Source of the DNA: Thermoproteota archaeon
GTDB lineage: Archaea; Asgardarchaeota; Jordiarchaeia; Jordiarchaeales; Freyrarchaeaceae
DNA: 26,742 bases
NCBI GenBank assembly: GCA_029258835.1
Contig: JAPDJY010000058.1
Coordinates: 1-26,742, forward strand
Direction: 5' to 3'
Shown here: piece after piece, positions 24,794 to 26,742 of the stretch
Layout of the letters: each line of letters opens with the position of its first letter
How positions within the stretch are numbered: the first letter of the stretch is position 1
Made by a program: the position numbers and the translations under genes
The notes under the pieces: generated by a model
Database searches by the model: none
Told to the model about the DNA's origin: nothing
The model's input: the letters and a program-made list of their open reading frames with translations, nothing else

Positions 24794-26742
24794 ATGAGGT
24801 TTTGGCTTCTCGACGTGGCCTCAGAAGTTGAGAACGGCAGGCCCTTCATATGGCTTTGGTGTAAGGATGAAAGCCTGTCTACGTGGGTCGTAAAGCAGCG
24901 ATATACGCCGAGCTTTTATCTGATAGGCAGGATTGAGGCGGCGGCTCAAAAGCTCAAATCGAGTGGTGTTAGATTTGAAAGATGCTCTAAAAAGGTTCGA
25001 GGTAAACCTATTCAAGCGCTAAAAGTATATGTGGACGCCGAGGATCTTGAGAAGGCCGCCTCAAGACTACTTAGGGGATTGAATGGAGTTGAGGCATATG
25101 AGGAGGATCTGAGGTCTTCGATAAAGTATCTCTTGGAGAGCGGCTTGAGGCCATGCGGATGGATCGAGGTCGAGGGAGAGAATGTTCAGAAGCTCAATGG
25201 AATAAGCTTCGTAAAACCCAAGTCCATTAAGAGGCTTGAGCATGCTCCTCCGCCAAACCTCACAGCCGTGGCGATAGATCCCATATTCTTCGCCGAGTAT
25301 GGTTCTCCTACACCCGACCGAGACCCCGTTAGGCTGATCTCATTATACTTCAGCGATGGATTTAGGGTTCAGCTTGAAGGGGAGGAACGAGAGATCTTTG
25401 AGAAACTTATCAAGATAATTAGAGAGAGGGATCCAGATGTAGTTGTAGGCTTTGGATTGAATAAGGCTCAGTGGAATTATTTGTGTGAGAGGGCTGAAAG
25501 ACTTGGAATGAGACTTGCAGTTGGGAGGCTTGGATCAGAGCCTAGGACGAGCGTCTATGGCCACGTCTCGATCAGGGGTAGATTAAACATAGACCTCGAA
25601 GATATGGCGAGAGATGTGCCGGAGCTGACGGTCGAGACCTTGGAAGAATTCGTGAACTATCTTGGAATAAAGAAGGAGTTCGATTCGGTCGATGAGTATG
25701 AGCTTGCTGAGAGATGGAGATCCGATAAGGATCTAGTTAAGAGATATTCTATGCAGAGAGCTGAAGCGATCATGGACGCATATGAGGCCGTGAAGGATTT
25801 CATCTTCAGCTTAAGCGAGCTTACTGGAATGCCCGCTGACCACATCTTAACGGCCTCCGCGGGATTTAGGGTTGAGAATTATCTGATGACTCATGCTGTT
25901 AAGGTCGGGGAGCTTATTCCGAAGCGGATGGAGGTCAGGCATGTAACTTATCCAGGTGGACTAGTTAAGGCCCCTGAACCTGGAATTCATGAAGATGTCG
26001 CAGTAGTCGACTTCCGATCCATGTATCCAAGTCTCATGATAAAGTATAACATCTCATTCGACACCCTAAGCCCTGATGGAGAGAATGTCGCTCCAAACGG
26101 ATATAGATTTAAGGCAAGTCCTGAGGGATTTCTCCCAAATGTCTTGAAGACCTTGCTGAGGGAGAGGAGGATGATTCAATCGAAGCTTAAGGAGCTTGAT
26201 CCAGAATCAGTTGAAGCAAAGGTTTTAGATGCTCGTCAAAGAGCCGTGAAGATAATCACGAACGCCATCTACGGCTATACTGGATGGATCGGCGCAAGAT
26301 GGTATACCAGGGAGGTCGCGGAGGCCACGACCGCTTGGGGGAGAGAGGTGATAAACTCCTCGATGAAGAAGGCTGAAGAGCTTGGGATGGATGTGATCTA
26401 CTCCGACACGGACTCCTTGTTCCTCAAAAACTATGAGGGGAAGCTTGAGAAGTTTATGGAGTGGATTGAGAAGAAGTTAGAGCTTGAGGCGAAGGTTGAC
26501 GAGGTCTTTAAGAGGGTGATCTTCACCGAGGCCAAGAAGAAGTATGCTGGGATAACCACCGAGGATAAGATCGAGATAGTTGGACTGGAAGCAGTTAGGG
26601 GGGATTGGAGCGAGGTTGCGAGAGAAGCTCAAAGAGAGACCGTGAAGGTCTTATTGGAGACAGGGGACCCGTCAAAAGCCTTGGATAAGGCGAGAGAATA
26701 TGTCAAGAGATTAAAAGATAGAGATGTTGAACTTAAGAAGCT
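24794..26742 (+). CDS. polB: Family B DNA polymerase (PolB3-like), 3'-partial, exonuclease motifs degenerate
   Basis: Open frame from ATG 24794 (MRFWLLDV...) to the window end, absent from the ORF track. Motifs YPGG, DFRSMYPS, KYNIS.DT, QRAVKIITNAIYGY, YSDTDS, KKKYAG, GLEAVRGDWS. Confidence 0.93.
   Translation, partial: MRFWLLDVASEVENGRPFIWLWCKDESLSTWVVKQRYTPSFYLIGRIEAAAQKLKSSGVRFERCSKKVRGKPIQALKVYVDAEDLEKAASRLLRGLNGVEAYEEDLRSSIKYLLESGLRPCGWIEVEGENVQKLNGISFVKPKSIKRLEHAPPPNLTAVAIDPIFFAEYGSPTPDRDPVRLISLYFSDGFRVQLEGEEREIFEKLIKIIRERDPDVVVGFGLNKAQWNYLCERAERLGMRLAVGRLGSEPRTSVYGHVSIRGRLNIDLEDMARDVPELTVETLEEFVNYLGIKKEFDSVDEYELAERWRSDKDLVKRYSMQRAEAIMDAYEAVKDFIFSLSELTGMPADHILTASAGFRVENYLMTHAVKVGELIPKRMEVRHVTYPGGLVKAPEPGIHEDVAVVDFRSMYPSLMIKYNISFDTLSPDGENVAPNGYRFKASPEGFLPNVLKTLLRERRMIQSKLKELDPESVEAKVLDARQRAVKIITNAIYGYTGWIGARWYTREVAEATTAWGREVINSSMKKAEELGMDVIYSDTDSLFLKNYEGKLEKFMEWIEKKLELEAKVDEVFKRVIFTEAKKKYAGITTEDKIEIVGLEAVRGDWSEVAREAQRETVKVLLETGDPSKALDKAREYVKRLKDRDVELKK

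Noticed and set aside
1-26742. CRISPR array, tRNA or rRNA genes; many antisense ORFs in the track
   Set aside because: No regularly spaced repeats or cloverleaf/rRNA signatures were seen by eye. The antisense and nested ORFs are shadows of well-supported genes.

Overview
Archaeal genomic window: TATA/BRE promoters, GGAGG/GGTG Shine-Dalgarno sites, and archaeal-type PpcA, AcnX, MEMO1 and PolB genes. The lineage cannot be fixed from sequence alone. Most of it is mixed housekeeping and metabolic genes: MEMO1, hypD-mobA-NUDIX, TPR proteins, a PpcA-like protein, DUF364, ferredoxin, nadE, an SDR, GH57, DUF504/MJ1316, flavodoxin, an AcnX pair, an ECF Ni/Co transporter, a CBS protein, a truncated Fe-S protein, and a family-B DNA polymerase running off the end. 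It also holds an IS607 element with frameshifted tnpA and intact tnpB. Top finding: hypD is interrupted inside its conserved CGTHEH motif by a 17-nt insert (2539-2555, minus strand). The insert folds into a canonical bulge-helix-bulge (BHB), and the standard cleavage positions restore the frame exactly, so it is a candidate tRNA-endonuclease-spliced mRNA micro-intron. Other notable items: an orphan TnpB omega-RNA-like mini-element at about 17.6-17.8 kb, a catalytically degenerate PEP carboxylase, an exonuclease-dead PolB, and tandem NikR-like operators.
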